A DNA stretch of 64,000 bases, from the IMG/VR virus record IMGVR_UViG_3300042924_004713, positions 102,409 to 166,408 of that record; one strand, 5' to 3'. Below, piece by piece: positions 28,301 to 35,732 of this stretch. Source of the stretch: a virus. The notes under the pieces are model-generated. The model searched no databases, was not told the DNA's origin, and was given only the letters and a program-made list of their open reading frames with translations. The number at the start of each line of letters is the position of its first letter. The first letter of the stretch is position 1. The position numbers and the translations under genes were made by a program.

Positions 28301-30593
28301 CAACCTTGTAAATTTTATTTCTTACGTTTAGATCAGTATCAGCAGCAAAGATAATTCTACTGCCGTTGACCAAATTATATCCATCAACAATAAAGCCCAC
28401 AGGCGTGCCATTTACATCACTGAATGCGTCGCGAGTGGTAAAGTCAATTACGTCAATGGCTTTTTTGCCAAACGTACCAAAGTTGTACAACTTGAGTCCG
28501 GACTTGAACTCAATGATGGGTCTACGAGCTCTGGTCTGCAGATCTAGCAAAGCCGAGTTGTTGTTGAATTCAGCAGAAGTTTCTAACACCTGTCTATGGA
28601 ACCAACGATTACTTCTACTCCATGCATTTCTGTCTGGACTTGCACGATTGATAGTGATGTAGTCCGGAGTCAACGGCTGATTATTACTAACGTCATAGTT
28701 GCCAATATCATATGGTGTGCTGTCAAACGACACACTCACACTTTCTGTGTAAGGTTCAGGCGTGACCATGTCTACCACTGGAACCAATACAATGCTTTCT
28801 CCAACACCTTCTACATAATAAGTGTTATCGCGATACTCAACAGGAGTTACATCTCCTCGGAAAGTCACAGCAAGTCCGTTGCTAAAAGTCACGCCATTGG
28901 GACTGGTATACTGTTTTGCACCAATGATATTGTTGACATTCAATACACTGGCATCTTCAACATCAATCAAACGTATTTCGCCAACCAATTGTGGATCCAC
29001 ACTGTCTTGATAGTAAAGAGTATCCAGCACTGCTGTGAGCAAAGGAATCTGTTCAAAATAGCCATCGTCGCTGCGATACCATTGAGTGCTGCTGTATTGA
29101 CTGCCTTCAAGAATTCTAAATTTCTGTAATTCAGCCACGGCTCGAGCCGACGTCACATTAAGATATTGACGTCCAGTTTGATCAGTTATGTATTGAATCT
29201 GCCAAATACTGTAGCGTTCATCAAAGTCAATGATTTCTTCAACTTCGCTGAAAGGACGTTCATTGTAACCTGGCTGCTCGTCATCCTCAGGTGTGGGACT
29301 ATAAAAACTAGCTCTTAGCCAGCCGCCGGCGATAGAATCATTGATAAAAGGAAACTGCTCTTGAATACTAGGAATGTTGAATATGATAAATTTGCCATCA
29401 AGATCAGTGATGCCATCAATACCATCAGGATATCTTGCAAAGAAATCATCAACATAAGCGTGATTGATATCACGATAAGGAATATCACTGACCAAGTTGA
29501 CTGGATCAAGTTCGGTCAACGTATAATAAAAATTCTGTGCGCTCTTAAGTGGCACATTGAAAGTCACTGTGCCTAGGTCTTCACCATTGTTGATTACGCC
29601 CAAAACATCACGGCTACTGATGTTGGGTGTGGTAGGCATTTTGCCGTCAATACCAGGTTGTGCTTGAATATAAAACTGAGGACCAGTGCCAGGCACACCA
29701 TCAATGATTTTGAATTTGCCAGCCATCTGAGAGCTGTTTTCAGCATTGTAGTATAGTGTGTCAGGCGCACTTTGAGGCACTGTGAACACAATAGTACCTT
29801 CACTGGCGCCGTTGTTGGTAATACCTTGACTATAGATATTCACCAAGCCTGTGCTAGGCAAGGTTTTAATCCAAAATGGAAAACTGCCTTCAATACTCAA
29901 TGTGAAGATGTAGGTGTTGCCTCTGATCAAGGTCAGCTCAGGATTGATAACATAGTCAATCACATAGGCTCGGTTACCTTGATTGGTCACACGTAGATTT
30001 ACAGTGCTGGTTTGATTCTGCGCAACTTGAAACTGATAGCTACCGCCTCTGATCAAAGTTAGAGTTGGGTTTTGTCCTAGCTGTCCGCTGAAACTATAGA
30101 AATTATTGTTACGAGAAACTTCAACTGTGTTTGTGATAGCTGCGTTACCACCGGTGACATCTACCTCTAGTGGACCAGTTGGTAACCAGTAATATTCACT
30201 GTAGTTGACCAGCTTGTCATAGTCAACCAGGGGATCAAATGCATAGTACTGACTTTTGTACAGTCGGTCACTGCGATCAGTACTAGCACCTGCAAGGTCC
30301 AGCGCATCTTGAATACCTGGGTAGGTAATTGCGTCTATAACTGTGTCAGTGTCGGGAACCTTGATAGTGATAGCTGGTTCAAGTTGATAGTTAACACGGT
30401 CCTTGGTAGGTTCAACCACATACCTAGCAGCAGTTGGATTGATGCCTGGTCCAATTTTTCTACCAATAAAACCCTGTGTTTTTTTCAGTGCAGGTTCCTG
30501 AATCAGCTGATCCAGTGTTGCTCCAAGAAACTGTCTATTGGTCTTGGTCTGAAAAATTTCCGGTAAAAAGTCAACCGAACGAACTTGAGCCAT
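16344..30593 (-). CDS. Giant (4749-aa) baseplate wedge/tail-associated structural protein
   Basis: Uninterrupted 14.25-kb ORF after the gp6-like gene; FG-GAP-like repeats (FGSSLAMSGDERWLYVGAP) and two WQPNxT(Y/F)..GQ.V modules. Confidence 0.8.
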   Translation of the reverse strand: MAQVRSVDFLPEIFQTKTNRQFLGATLDQLIQEPALKKTQGFIGRKIGPGINPTAARYVVEPTKDRVNYQLEPAITIKVPDTDTVIDAITYPGIQDALDLAGASTDRSDRLYKSQYYAFDPLVDYDKLVNYSEYYWLPTGPLEVDVTGGNAAITNTVEVSRNNNFYSFSGQLGQNPTLTLIRGGSYQFQVAQNQTSTVNLRVTNQGNRAYVIDYVINPELTLIRGNTYIFTLSIEGSFPFWIKTLPSTGLVNIYSQGITNNGASEGTIVFTVPQSAPDTLYYNAENSSQMAGKFKIIDGVPGTGPQFYIQAQPGIDGKMPTTPNISSRDVLGVINNGEDLGTVTFNVPLKSAQNFYYTLTELDPVNLVSDIPYRDINHAYVDDFFARYPDGIDGITDLDGKFIIFNIPSIQEQFPFINDSIAGGWLRASFYSPTPEDDEQPGYNERPFSEVEEIIDFDERYSIWQIQYITDQTGRQYLNVTSARAVAELQKFRILEGSQYSSTQWYRSDDGYFEQIPLLTAVLDTLYYQDSVDPQLVGEIRLIDVEDASVLNVNNIIGAKQYTSPNGVTFSNGLAVTFRGDVTPVEYRDNTYYVEGVGESIVLVPVVDMVTPEPYTESVSVSFDSTPYDIGNYDVSNNQPLTPDYITINRASPDRNAWSRSNRWFHRQVLETSAEFNNNSALLDLQTRARRPIIEFKSGLKLYNFGTFGKKAIDVIDFTTRDAFSDVNGTPVGFIVDGYNLVNGSRIIFAADTDLNVRNKIYKVELITPDTVAPVIKQPIINLVPDSDGAILPNDVVVCLNGVGRKGQSFTFDGAQWILSQQKVSVNNPPQFDIFVDDVSIGNLERYGSSTFNGTKLFSYGIGSGANDSVLGFPVQYVTINNVGDIVFINNYYTDTFSYVRDRQSITESVGIGFARRYTSRTDFTDQIGWATAPYPSETYQQFEFTYQSQPLLLDVKVNEVVLNSALPNPYPVIKIYIGSQFQDPGTYSYTTTSNTTTINLNDNIPVGEKIIVLVLSDQISNNAFFQVPINLQNNANNAEVSQVTLGTMRSHYESICENLIDLQGSINGSNNSRDLGYIARYGLNILQQSAPLTMAGYFMRDPNYDFFRALQWNSAEYIKFKTQLLDIVASRDWGDATAPEILVAAVNDINLGRTQQNPFYWSDMLPSRSVYDSNTYTFTPISQTTFNTLRVYDFTQSNYLALLVYVNGHLLTINKDYTVSADTPQVTITYPLQVGDTIEIQEYASTVGNFVPNTPTKMGLYPAYQPRIFVDTTYSQPTPVIVGHDGSITVAFDDIRDQVLLDFETRIYNNLKIRSAIPIRENDIVPGQFRTTDWSLTEVNDILSVDFLTWVGTNKIDYTIQAYDVNNDFSYNYSRSQNRLNNQALPVGAWRGLYLYFYDTIRPHQAPWEMLGFSEQPSWWESRYGAAPYTSENLVLWEDLSQGLVADPNGFYVIPKYVRPGLLDVLPVDAQGNLLPPLDSVVGLYDKQTFQRSWRMGDVGPVEYVWRTSSSYPFAIMRLLALTRPAEFFSLFVDRDLYKFNLDLGQYLYQDRSRLSPSNLEIYGDGISKASYINWIVDYNTHLGNSNTATALAANLDNIDVQLAYRMASFSDKAYIKVFLEKPSPNSLNTSLLLPDESYELFLYKNVPFAAVNYSSVMIQRVEDGYQVFGYDVVNPYFEILVSKVAGPKITLSAGGKTVAVPTTYSDIVTQIPYGYTFSNDNAVCDFLFSYGALLESQGMIFDSVENGLTLNWRQMAQEFLYWSGQGWGPGSVINLNPASTSLMVSRPGAIVDSIIERDTTTSIQDQNKRKILINDLIVERIDNDFKITSLTEQTINYADLRFTAYEHIMVFKNASVFGDLIYDPITAARQGRMQLIAGTSTDWNGQLDARGFILNQDNIVDWQPNVTYTKGQIVKFKNQYYSALTIVQPKQEFDYVDWTLSDYNQIKKGLLPNLANKADLIQQTYNTVGANLERDQDLLAYGLIGFRPREYMANLNLDDVSQVNVYKQFLSTKGTKFSVDLFGTASFDKEVADYSIFENWAVLKGIYGAQANRRFFDIRINQALLTSNPSTVQVIVPFEQSFADQTVQIGDLWRSSWNVTSPEILPVAVTPRRDLDLPTAGYVNLDDVDITEFEIIDPTNINANIDSVGVGTTVWIAKVNSHDWNVYRCSAVPGNIQSITDNFNGTSLAGFSQQHNLSVNDIIVIKSFSTDVNGAYRVLEVPSLTSIVIEFAIPNDQIELLGQGVCLVLETIRVDQPSDIANLPYINNVTAKSLVWVDNNGFDRWQVLERTEPFVYNQRLEPLRSVNSYWASAVAQTENNTLMLASAPGASTGIVFQYGVNPAGTLQDGGSISLNAAQVSNFGATMTVGNNLWGAVGAPNSLSDVGYTAIINYNGDFEAFTVSQLLLGLDQPGPAKFGSSLAMSGDERWLYVGAPELNRVYAYGQVPVPTQSISYPTTGTTRRFSTVTIQYDNVQQLEVVVSGLPQRLNIDYSATGSFIEFFTAPSKNQTVVISRRQSVQLDFQEYYNITASTTTGLGTSALWDVEVVRGLYSVDLLNAGTNYSIGEVLTIKGTQIGGSSPAEDCVITVTDVSFAGAILDYTVSGGRLSVTDRFAVRESLFTATNINSVRVEVNGTVQRPKIDYEWLKSDSSLPDSTLNDYDLVFVNSPAIGATIMAYAPTYYQLCQVLTRPGLASDAKFGASVATSHDGRQLAIGCPNENINGTFRAGSVYYFNRDVESRIITTATTAPTTFTTAAPLTLPVSVKVNGEFLNNTAQYGTLRNNTYTVNYSVSPEAPISVTVNQPLNIGDVVEIEANFFRPVHKLESDIPQERAEFGHSVQFVLSDSQLAVGSPYDSQASQVPQAGSVKMFVNQPLTYGTITSTVANPVLTAGHTLQINYQEIAVPAAPNNTVAGLANAIVNSGIPNVTAAVTSSGLLVIDVINEAATTPYNRLSVLPGAIGTAYGDLGFNSFEFSQTLSSPYPTDGANFGWSLTSAQEDVIIGAPGGTAHLNVTFDNGTTFFDSGSTTFYTDLHQSGVVYEFDYLPSVNPSSLNPGLFNFGQQLYSPESTTAERFGESVSQAWAYTLVGSPNATVSTTTNNGAMSAFINADRTPSWVAKREQVPAVDIYSINNALLYDRLQSPRTQFLDFFNPQQGKVLGAARQNIDYVSTNDPAFYNTGLTSVQGNSWGKNHVGQIWWDTSSVRYLDVTQDELAYASRKWGQIFPGSRVDIYQWVESTVPPANYTGPGTPLNFIDYTVTTALTQNNVFVSNYYFWVRGIDTLPTTGNKTLSTVAIAQYLANPIASGIPFMAPLNSSTVALYNCSSYIKAFDTIIHIEFDQTPNTDNIHTEFQLLAQGKADAFLTPPLYRKLQDSFAGEDQSGLSVPDPSLTVAEKYGVQFRPRQSMFVDRFRALQNYIDRTNSVLALYPIAESRNLTLLNSEEPVPLQQTTVGNILVTNWNQEVANLEELSWQNILIVPVGYRYLVLSDSNNNGRWTIYETIFENNIYSLRLIRVQNYRTNEYWDYINWYAPGFNPDTTPAIEVPSYAALIAQQVAVGTVALVTANSQGKFEVYQLLDSGWNRVGLQDGTIKISPAIYDYQLGRLGFDGEVFDAQYFDQAPQAETRKIIQGINQELFIDELLIERNNLLILMFNYILTEQLTPDWLMKTSLIDVQHNIRELLPYQTYRRDNQDFVLDYLSEVKPYHVQIREFNLKYAGQDLFNGDIADFDIPAYYNASLQEYISPILTDVENSPSDAASNNIIWQTQPYDQWFDNYKLELQELILVTGGTGYTTAPTVTISGVAVRNATAIAVINSAGQVNSLVVTDPGEGYLTTPSVTITGGNGTGAKAIAILNNGLVRSIKTTLKYDRYQYESNIEEWQPNITFDNGQLVRFGGRIWEADSPDSTGVNTAEFIPEDWILVPVGELSGVDRTMGYYVALADQPGRELPLLITGTDYPGVQVKGLNFNQDTGFDRGPFDMTPWDNLDFDASGLPTYSETLIDSVYESEFIDQYLGTGVNDVVVDGGAFVDTYSSHAPEELVPGSEFDTMDFRVYVRPGSDWNGLGHGFDILSLRATYNSADSTISWAQIAQYQTHEIYPAAIRVSNAGPNGSSLLSSDLAPSQYTVDWVNQTITVLSGVNDDDLLVINIYEVGGGNQLLRANYNGADIGTQLEIPVKFSDIYELVIFVNGTRLLPTTDYTFESIAPTITRINFSVILTSLDAVNLTVMGFQTPQYSWSLPTVQTFTIAELSPSSTAQLTYTLTNSLQGSNPNNAYVTVNGFRARPSQGIEWYGDGSSAEFLFPERGGYSQGLVADNEVNVYVNDVPQVLGSDFTVVPWDGFSRRSIILSYVPNIGDRVLICVNTRADYIISGNQITFRPSGSFGVFPGDVVSVTTYNDTSQQNIVQIVWVGPITKGAIASEGFDFLPFDSGSVNNEPGSFDFSEGITVQENDFDLRRPVQESERMIVSLNGRLLFPGLDYTVVSDVESGDPTTYLELLSGPIAVTDVVVATLYTNQIVPNAMAFRIFQDMRGVQLTYRITDNTTTRLLSDLSVDDDIIYVENVLACGEPNIPANYLGVVTINGERIAFRYRDLENNTLSGLLRGTAGTAIANHFAGDLVYNIGRENLLSGGGYQDYVVQTSVKANGSQVQFTAPNINLTGIDSTEWLEALIVSVGGIIQPPTAYQFLNANPATVRFYDAPAAGRLVTLAVKRAQSWYQPGAFEPSDGVPLQLQNTSAAKFLRNDE

Positions 30594-33500
30594 TAAATTA
30601 CTCCACTACCAGGCGCTGTACGAAGATTCGTACTGGTCAACGCATCGATTACCTCGACGTCTGCTACAGTAGCAGCGTTGACAAAGATTTCGTTTGGTGC
30701 TGAACGTATTTCGTATAGGTCACCAAAGGCTTTTTGTGGGTTCACAGGAACCAGCACCACTGAACTTACCAAGGTGCCAATTTCTTTGTGAATGTAAGCT
30801 GACAATTCAGAAAAGTAAAAGGTGTCGCCAAAGTTCCATTTGTCAATTGTAAAATAATCATTTAGACTTTGTACCACTGCATTTTTGATCTCACTCACAC
30901 TGGCAGTGGAGTTAGCGGCCTTGATCACTTTTATGGTTGCTCTTAGGTCAGTTGTGGCCTTGTTACCAAACAATGGCTTGAATGTCACACTGTTCAAGAT
31001 AACATTGTCGCTCAACATCTTGTAGTCTTGCAGTCGCTGAAACTGAGTGGTCAATTCATTGATTGTGGGCTGAGCAGGTTCGGGCACAGTACCAGTACTG
31101 TCCTTGATATAATTCTGATATGCAATGTAATAGTCCTGAGTCACAACATACACATCAATGATGTTGGTTATAGAAGGATCAATTCTATTGCTCAGCAGAC
31201 TGTTATGACGATACTGATAGTAAAGATTCTGTCGGCCAATTCGTGCCAAGAATTCATTGCTCTGCACCAAGGTGCGAGTGCCAGTTACGTCAATGACCAG
31301 TCTCCAAAATTCTTTTTCTAGATAAGTGTAAAACACTTGCCCGTCAAGATACTGTGACTTGTAGGTTTCTACTTCAGCGTAGGTGCCATACTGATAGTTC
31401 ACTCTGCCTTCTTCTACCAGCAGGTATCGTTGTAGATCGTTAAAGTCCACTGTGGCTTCTAAAAACACAAGATTGCCTGCTTGAGTTGGTGCAGGATCAG
31501 GTCCTACAATCTCTTCAAAGAAATCAGGATTGTCGGCAGATCCATCTTGATCGCTGTCAGTAAAACTAACTATCACTTGGAAATCATTAACAAAGCCATC
31601 ACTTTCTTCTGGCTGTCCAATAATCTGCATTTCAACATCAGACGGCAGTGGAGAGTTACTGTCAGGCAAACTGTTAGATTTCAAGACCTTGATAAAATCT
31701 TTGATCACTGTACCAAGTCTGCTGTCGTAGATTGCTGATCCAGATTCAAAAAAGAATCTTGTTTGCAACACCGACGCAAAAAAGTATGATAATTCGCGAG
31801 TACTTACATTGTACTGTGTGCCATCTGTGGTAAATCTTACCAGCCAACTTGAGTCAAGATTAGCGCCTGATGTATTTTGTTGATTAACCAAACTAAATGC
31901 ACTGTCTGCATCAAGATTGCTTTGCCCGATCAAATACCATTCGCCTGTAAGGTTGTTGAAACCAAGACCAAAGTTGCGATAAAGTCGAATCTGTTCAATT
32001 ACATTCACAACCAGCGCAGTGGGCAGATCAGTGATGAAAATCGGAATCACTTGTGTGGCCACTGCACCAGTTGGTACAAATGTGTTAAAGGCCACAGGGC
32101 CAGTGCCATCGTCAAGATTTCCTCGCCCTTGGTTGGTACCATCAAGTACCACCGCAGTCACAGTGGTCCAGATCACAGTTTTGTCTGTGTCAACTGTAGG
32201 CAGACCAGATATAAGTCTGTTGTATTGATTGAAATAAAATCCATCTGGGGCTTCAAATTTTACCAACGAAGCAGGCACAATGTATTTGGCGTTGCTGCTG
32301 CTGAATGAGCCAATTGACACAGGGTCATTGTTGTTGTCAACAAAAAAACCTGTACACTGGTTAGTCAACGCAGTGCTTTGATTCCAAGACAATGACAGTG
32401 CAGACAGCGACGGTCTAATAAAGTTTGCATAGTAAAACTGTAAAACTCCAGGCGTTTTAAGTCCTGGTTGTACTTTGTTTGTGATAGCGTCCGCAATGTC
32501 GTTGACTGTGAACCAAGAAAACTGGAATGTAGGCAAGGTGTTTTCTTTGTAAAGACCACCGTCACTGCCAAACACATTAGTACTAGCATACTTGTTGGTG
32601 TTGTCTACTAGTTCTAGGTATCGTGAAGTACCAATTGCACTACGATTTACAGCCTTGCTCTTGATAATGCTATTGTACAAGGTAAACGGAAACAGGTTGT
32701 AGTCTTCCCCGTTGACCATGCGGTTTTGAGTGTAGTATCTAGCAGGAGCTCGTTGTTTGATTTCGTCCAGTAGTTCGCGGCTTTGAGAATTACTCACAGG
32801 CGCAGTAAGGCCCACTGTGAAAGTGATTGTTTCAATGCGTCCAGTGCGACTCACGTAGTTAATAGGCAATGCAATCGTGGCCATTTCACTGGGATTGATC
32901 ACATATTCAAGTCCGTTGGATGAACGTACATAGGCTCTGAATGTACCAACTGGTATGGCTGAAAACACACCATCACCAAAGGTCAATGAAATCTGATCGT
33001 TGACTCTGCTGACTGTGGAATAGATCTTGCGTAGTGTGCCTACATCTTGTTCGGCAGCAGCGGTGTAAACTGATTCTACATACTGCCACTCTTCAGACAC
33101 GCTGCCAATATCATCAAGTTGATACAGCCAACGATCTTCGTTATTGATACCTTCGATGTTGACATTGACCACACGATTGGTCACACGCTCTGGCAAGTTG
33201 AAATCAGCTGATAATAGATTTCCTTGCTTGAAGTAAAAGAAAAATCCTGAATTTTGTGAACCAAATCCCAATTGATCATTACGGTACAGCATGTTAAATG
33301 CACCGTTGGGGCGTGGGCTAGGTTCGTATAGATATTCACGTCCTGCGCTGGTCACACTCACTGCTTCAAATGGCATGTTGATGCCATCAACAGTGGCAGT
33401 GAAAGGAATCACTGGCAGATAACCTGGGGTGATGTTTAGTGTGTATTCTTGAGTGTCAATGCCTAGCAGATTTTGATCAGCACCAGGACGACCAAAACGC

Positions 33501-34003
33501 TGTGTGTCAACCAAGGCAGAATTCACAATGGTGATAAACTGCTCAAACCAATCACCATTGGTAGGATCATTCCAGTTCACAGTGATGTTGCTGAGATTCA
33601 CACCGTTGTAATCCAGCACATTTTCAGTGGTAGTCACTGAAGTGACTTTGAGCAGACCCTCAGCAGGCGAGTTGCGCTTGGCGGTGTAGCTAACCAAGTT
33701 GGCCAGTCGCACCACACTGTCTCTACGTTCAGCAGTGTCAATGTAGTTTTCGCGAGCGTTTAGATCAGCACGGAACGCCAGACTCTGGCCCATGAATGCC
33801 ATGACGTCCAAGAGCGCAATGAACTCTGAACTTTCAATGTAATCGTTGAATGTCTCTGGATAGTAGAGCCTTAGATAATCAACAAAGCTCTTGCGCAGAG
33901 TCTCAAAGTCATAACTTTGAAAGTCGGCCTCGCGATAGGTCTGGTAAAGTTGCTTCCAGTCTTCTACGCCAAAAATAGCAGTTTGTCTAGTGGTTATAGC
34001 CAT
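30593..34003 (-). CDS. gp6: Baseplate wedge subunit, T4 gp6-like
   Basis: DFETLRKSFVDYLR..F.DY..SS...LLDVMA; ITFGDG-like motif; IKQRAP..YYTQNRMVNGEDY. Confidence 0.8.
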   Translation of the reverse strand: MAITTRQTAIFGVEDWKQLYQTYREADFQSYDFETLRKSFVDYLRLYYPETFNDYIESSEFIALLDVMAFMGQSLAFRADLNARENYIDTAERRDSVVRLANLVSYTAKRNSPAEGLLKVTSVTTTENVLDYNGVNLSNITVNWNDPTNGDWFEQFITIVNSALVDTQRFGRPGADQNLLGIDTQEYTLNITPGYLPVIPFTATVDGINMPFEAVSVTSAGREYLYEPSPRPNGAFNMLYRNDQLGFGSQNSGFFFYFKQGNLLSADFNLPERVTNRVVNVNIEGINNEDRWLYQLDDIGSVSEEWQYVESVYTAAAEQDVGTLRKIYSTVSRVNDQISLTFGDGVFSAIPVGTFRAYVRSSNGLEYVINPSEMATIALPINYVSRTGRIETITFTVGLTAPVSNSQSRELLDEIKQRAPARYYTQNRMVNGEDYNLFPFTLYNSIIKSKAVNRSAIGTSRYLELVDNTNKYASTNVFGSDGGLYKENTLPTFQFSWFTVNDIADAITNKVQPGLKTPGVLQFYYANFIRPSLSALSLSWNQSTALTNQCTGFFVDNNNDPVSIGSFSSSNAKYIVPASLVKFEAPDGFYFNQYNRLISGLPTVDTDKTVIWTTVTAVVLDGTNQGRGNLDDGTGPVAFNTFVPTGAVATQVIPIFITDLPTALVVNVIEQIRLYRNFGLGFNNLTGEWYLIGQSNLDADSAFSLVNQQNTSGANLDSSWLVRFTTDGTQYNVSTRELSYFFASVLQTRFFFESGSAIYDSRLGTVIKDFIKVLKSNSLPDSNSPLPSDVEMQIIGQPEESDGFVNDFQVIVSFTDSDQDGSADNPDFFEEIVGPDPAPTQAGNLVFLEATVDFNDLQRYLLVEEGRVNYQYGTYAEVETYKSQYLDGQVFYTYLEKEFWRLVIDVTGTRTLVQSNEFLARIGRQNLYYQYRHNSLLSNRIDPSITNIIDVYVVTQDYYIAYQNYIKDSTGTVPEPAQPTINELTTQFQRLQDYKMLSDNVILNSVTFKPLFGNKATTDLRATIKVIKAANSTASVSEIKNAVVQSLNDYFTIDKWNFGDTFYFSELSAYIHKEIGTLVSSVVLVPVNPQKAFGDLYEIRSAPNEIFVNAATVADVEVIDALTSTNLRTAPGSGVI

Positions 34004-34045
34004 AATTTTTCAATTTTGGTATTTATTGGCGTATAAACCACGCGG

Positions 34046-34420
34046 TTAAATGAAGCTGGCTCTTCGGGTTTCTTGGTCAAAAAACAAGGATAAACGTTCT
34101 ACTGTGGTACTGGGCACAAACTGTATTTGAACCTGTACAAGGATGCCATTGAGCTGAGGGAAAATTTCCACAGCAGATATTTTGAGTCTTGGATCTCCGC
34201 CTGCTACTCGCTGTATTTCTTGAACAATAGCATTTTCAGTTTCAATGCTCTGCGATTCAAATAGAAAGTCCCATACAGCAGTGCCCACATCAGGACGCCC
34301 AACTAATTCGCCTTGACGAATGTTAAACGCATTGATAAGATCTTGCTTGATGAGTTCTTCATCAACCAAAGTGAATTTTTTGCGCTGTCCTTGAGTGCTG
34401 AATCCAATAAATGTAGCCAT
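34046..34420 (-). CDS. gp25: Baseplate wedge subunit, gp25-like
   Basis: LIKQDLINAFNIRQGE..GRPDVGT..WDFLFE...DPR. Confidence 0.85.
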   Translation of the reverse strand: MATFIGFSTQGQRKKFTLVDEELIKQDLINAFNIRQGELVGRPDVGTAVWDFLFESQSIETENAIVQEIQRVAGGDPRLKISAVEIFPQLNGILVQVQIQFVPSTTVERLSLFFDQETRRASFI

Positions 34421-34430
34421 GGTCTAGTAT

Positions 34431-35732
34431 TTACCCTAGGCGAGCCAGCTGAGCTCGCAACTGTGCGATTTCCCTGTCAGCTTCTGCAATTTTTTGTTGC
34501 CAGTAGGCAATGGCACTGGCGTCGCCTTGTGCTTCGGCTCTGGCCAACTGCTCTCGTCGAGATCGCTGTCCATTTTCTTTGCCTTCAATTTGACCTTCTA
34601 AGATAGCTGCTTCTGGTGATCTAGGTCTAGGCGCAGGAGTAGCAGCAGCACTTGGAGCCCGGCTTTGTGTGGCTGACTCGGGCTGATCTTGTCCATACTC
34701 TACCACAGGAACTTTTTCATTGCCAATAAACTGTGTGAAAGCCTGATTAAGCACCTGTCTATTCACTGTGTTAGTGGCCTTGGGAGCTGATCTTTCACCG
34801 GCTAAATTATTAGGCACCTTGAGATCAGTAAAATTCACAGCCAATTGACCTGACTTGGCCAAGTTGCTGATATTTTGTGTGAGTCCAGCTGGCGACCCAC
34901 CCTTGGCCCAGACAGCAGTGAGTGCAGCGCCGGCTTTGCCTGCGGCTTGTATCAACGCACCTGCTTCTGCCACAGGAAGATCAACAGGCAGGGCTCCAGA
35001 CTTAGTCAAGGCCGAAAATTGATTGTTCATGATGTCAGTCTGAGCTGCAAGCTGTTTTGCAGGATCAGCCAACATGGTGTTTAGATTGGTCACTCCACCT
35101 TTGCCTGTCCACACTGTGGGCGATGCCAATGCTTGTTGCAGTGCTCGACTTTGAGCCACTTGTTCAGGTGTAATACTGCCGCCCTGACTGTTTATTCTAG
35201 TGGCTTCGGCGATGTCTGCTTGCGACACAGTGTTGGCTCTGCCATACTGTGAAATAGTACCTGGTTTCAAAAATCCTGAACTTTCTAACAACGCAGGATT
35301 GATTCCAAATTTTCCTATGCCTTTGTCTACTGAAAAAGCACCTGCGGCCTGTGATACTGATGCTGCTGACTGTGCCAGTAGGCCTTGCACTTGTTTTCCG
35401 TTCAAGGGCCCAATGCTGCCCACTTGTCCACCAACATTAACAAAGTCAGCCACATTCATGGTCTTGGGAACCTGTCCTCCAACCAGTTGCGACACAACTT
35501 TTTGTGCTCCGCCCACAACCGATGACACTGCACCTTTTAGTTGACTAGCAGCAGACACTAGGCCTTGTTGCAGTTGATTGAGCGCATTAACAGATTGACC
35601 TGGTGCTAGGTTGGTCAAGGCTCCGGTCTTGGCCTGCTGTTCAAACACAGCTCTAGCCGCTGCTTCAGTGGTTCCAGGAGGCGCAATAACCTCAAATATT
35701 TCACCGGCTCTTGTGAAAGTAAACTTACTCAT
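34431..35732 (-). CDS. Baseplate-region protein of unknown function
   Basis: Ala/Gln-rich protein between the gp5-like and gp25-like genes; C-terminal coiled coil. Confidence 0.6.
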   Translation of the reverse strand: MSKFTFTRAGEIFEVIAPPGTTEAAARAVFEQQAKTGALTNLAPGQSVNALNQLQQGLVSAASQLKGAVSSVVGGAQKVVSQLVGGQVPKTMNVADFVNVGGQVGSIGPLNGKQVQGLLAQSAASVSQAAGAFSVDKGIGKFGINPALLESSGFLKPGTISQYGRANTVSQADIAEATRINSQGGSITPEQVAQSRALQQALASPTVWTGKGGVTNLNTMLADPAKQLAAQTDIMNNQFSALTKSGALPVDLPVAEAGALIQAAGKAGAALTAVWAKGGSPAGLTQNISNLAKSGQLAVNFTDLKVPNNLAGERSAPKATNTVNRQVLNQAFTQFIGNEKVPVVEYGQDQPESATQSRAPSAAATPAPRPRSPEAAILEGQIEGKENGQRSRREQLARAEAQGDASAIAYWQQKIAEADREIAQLRAQLARLG

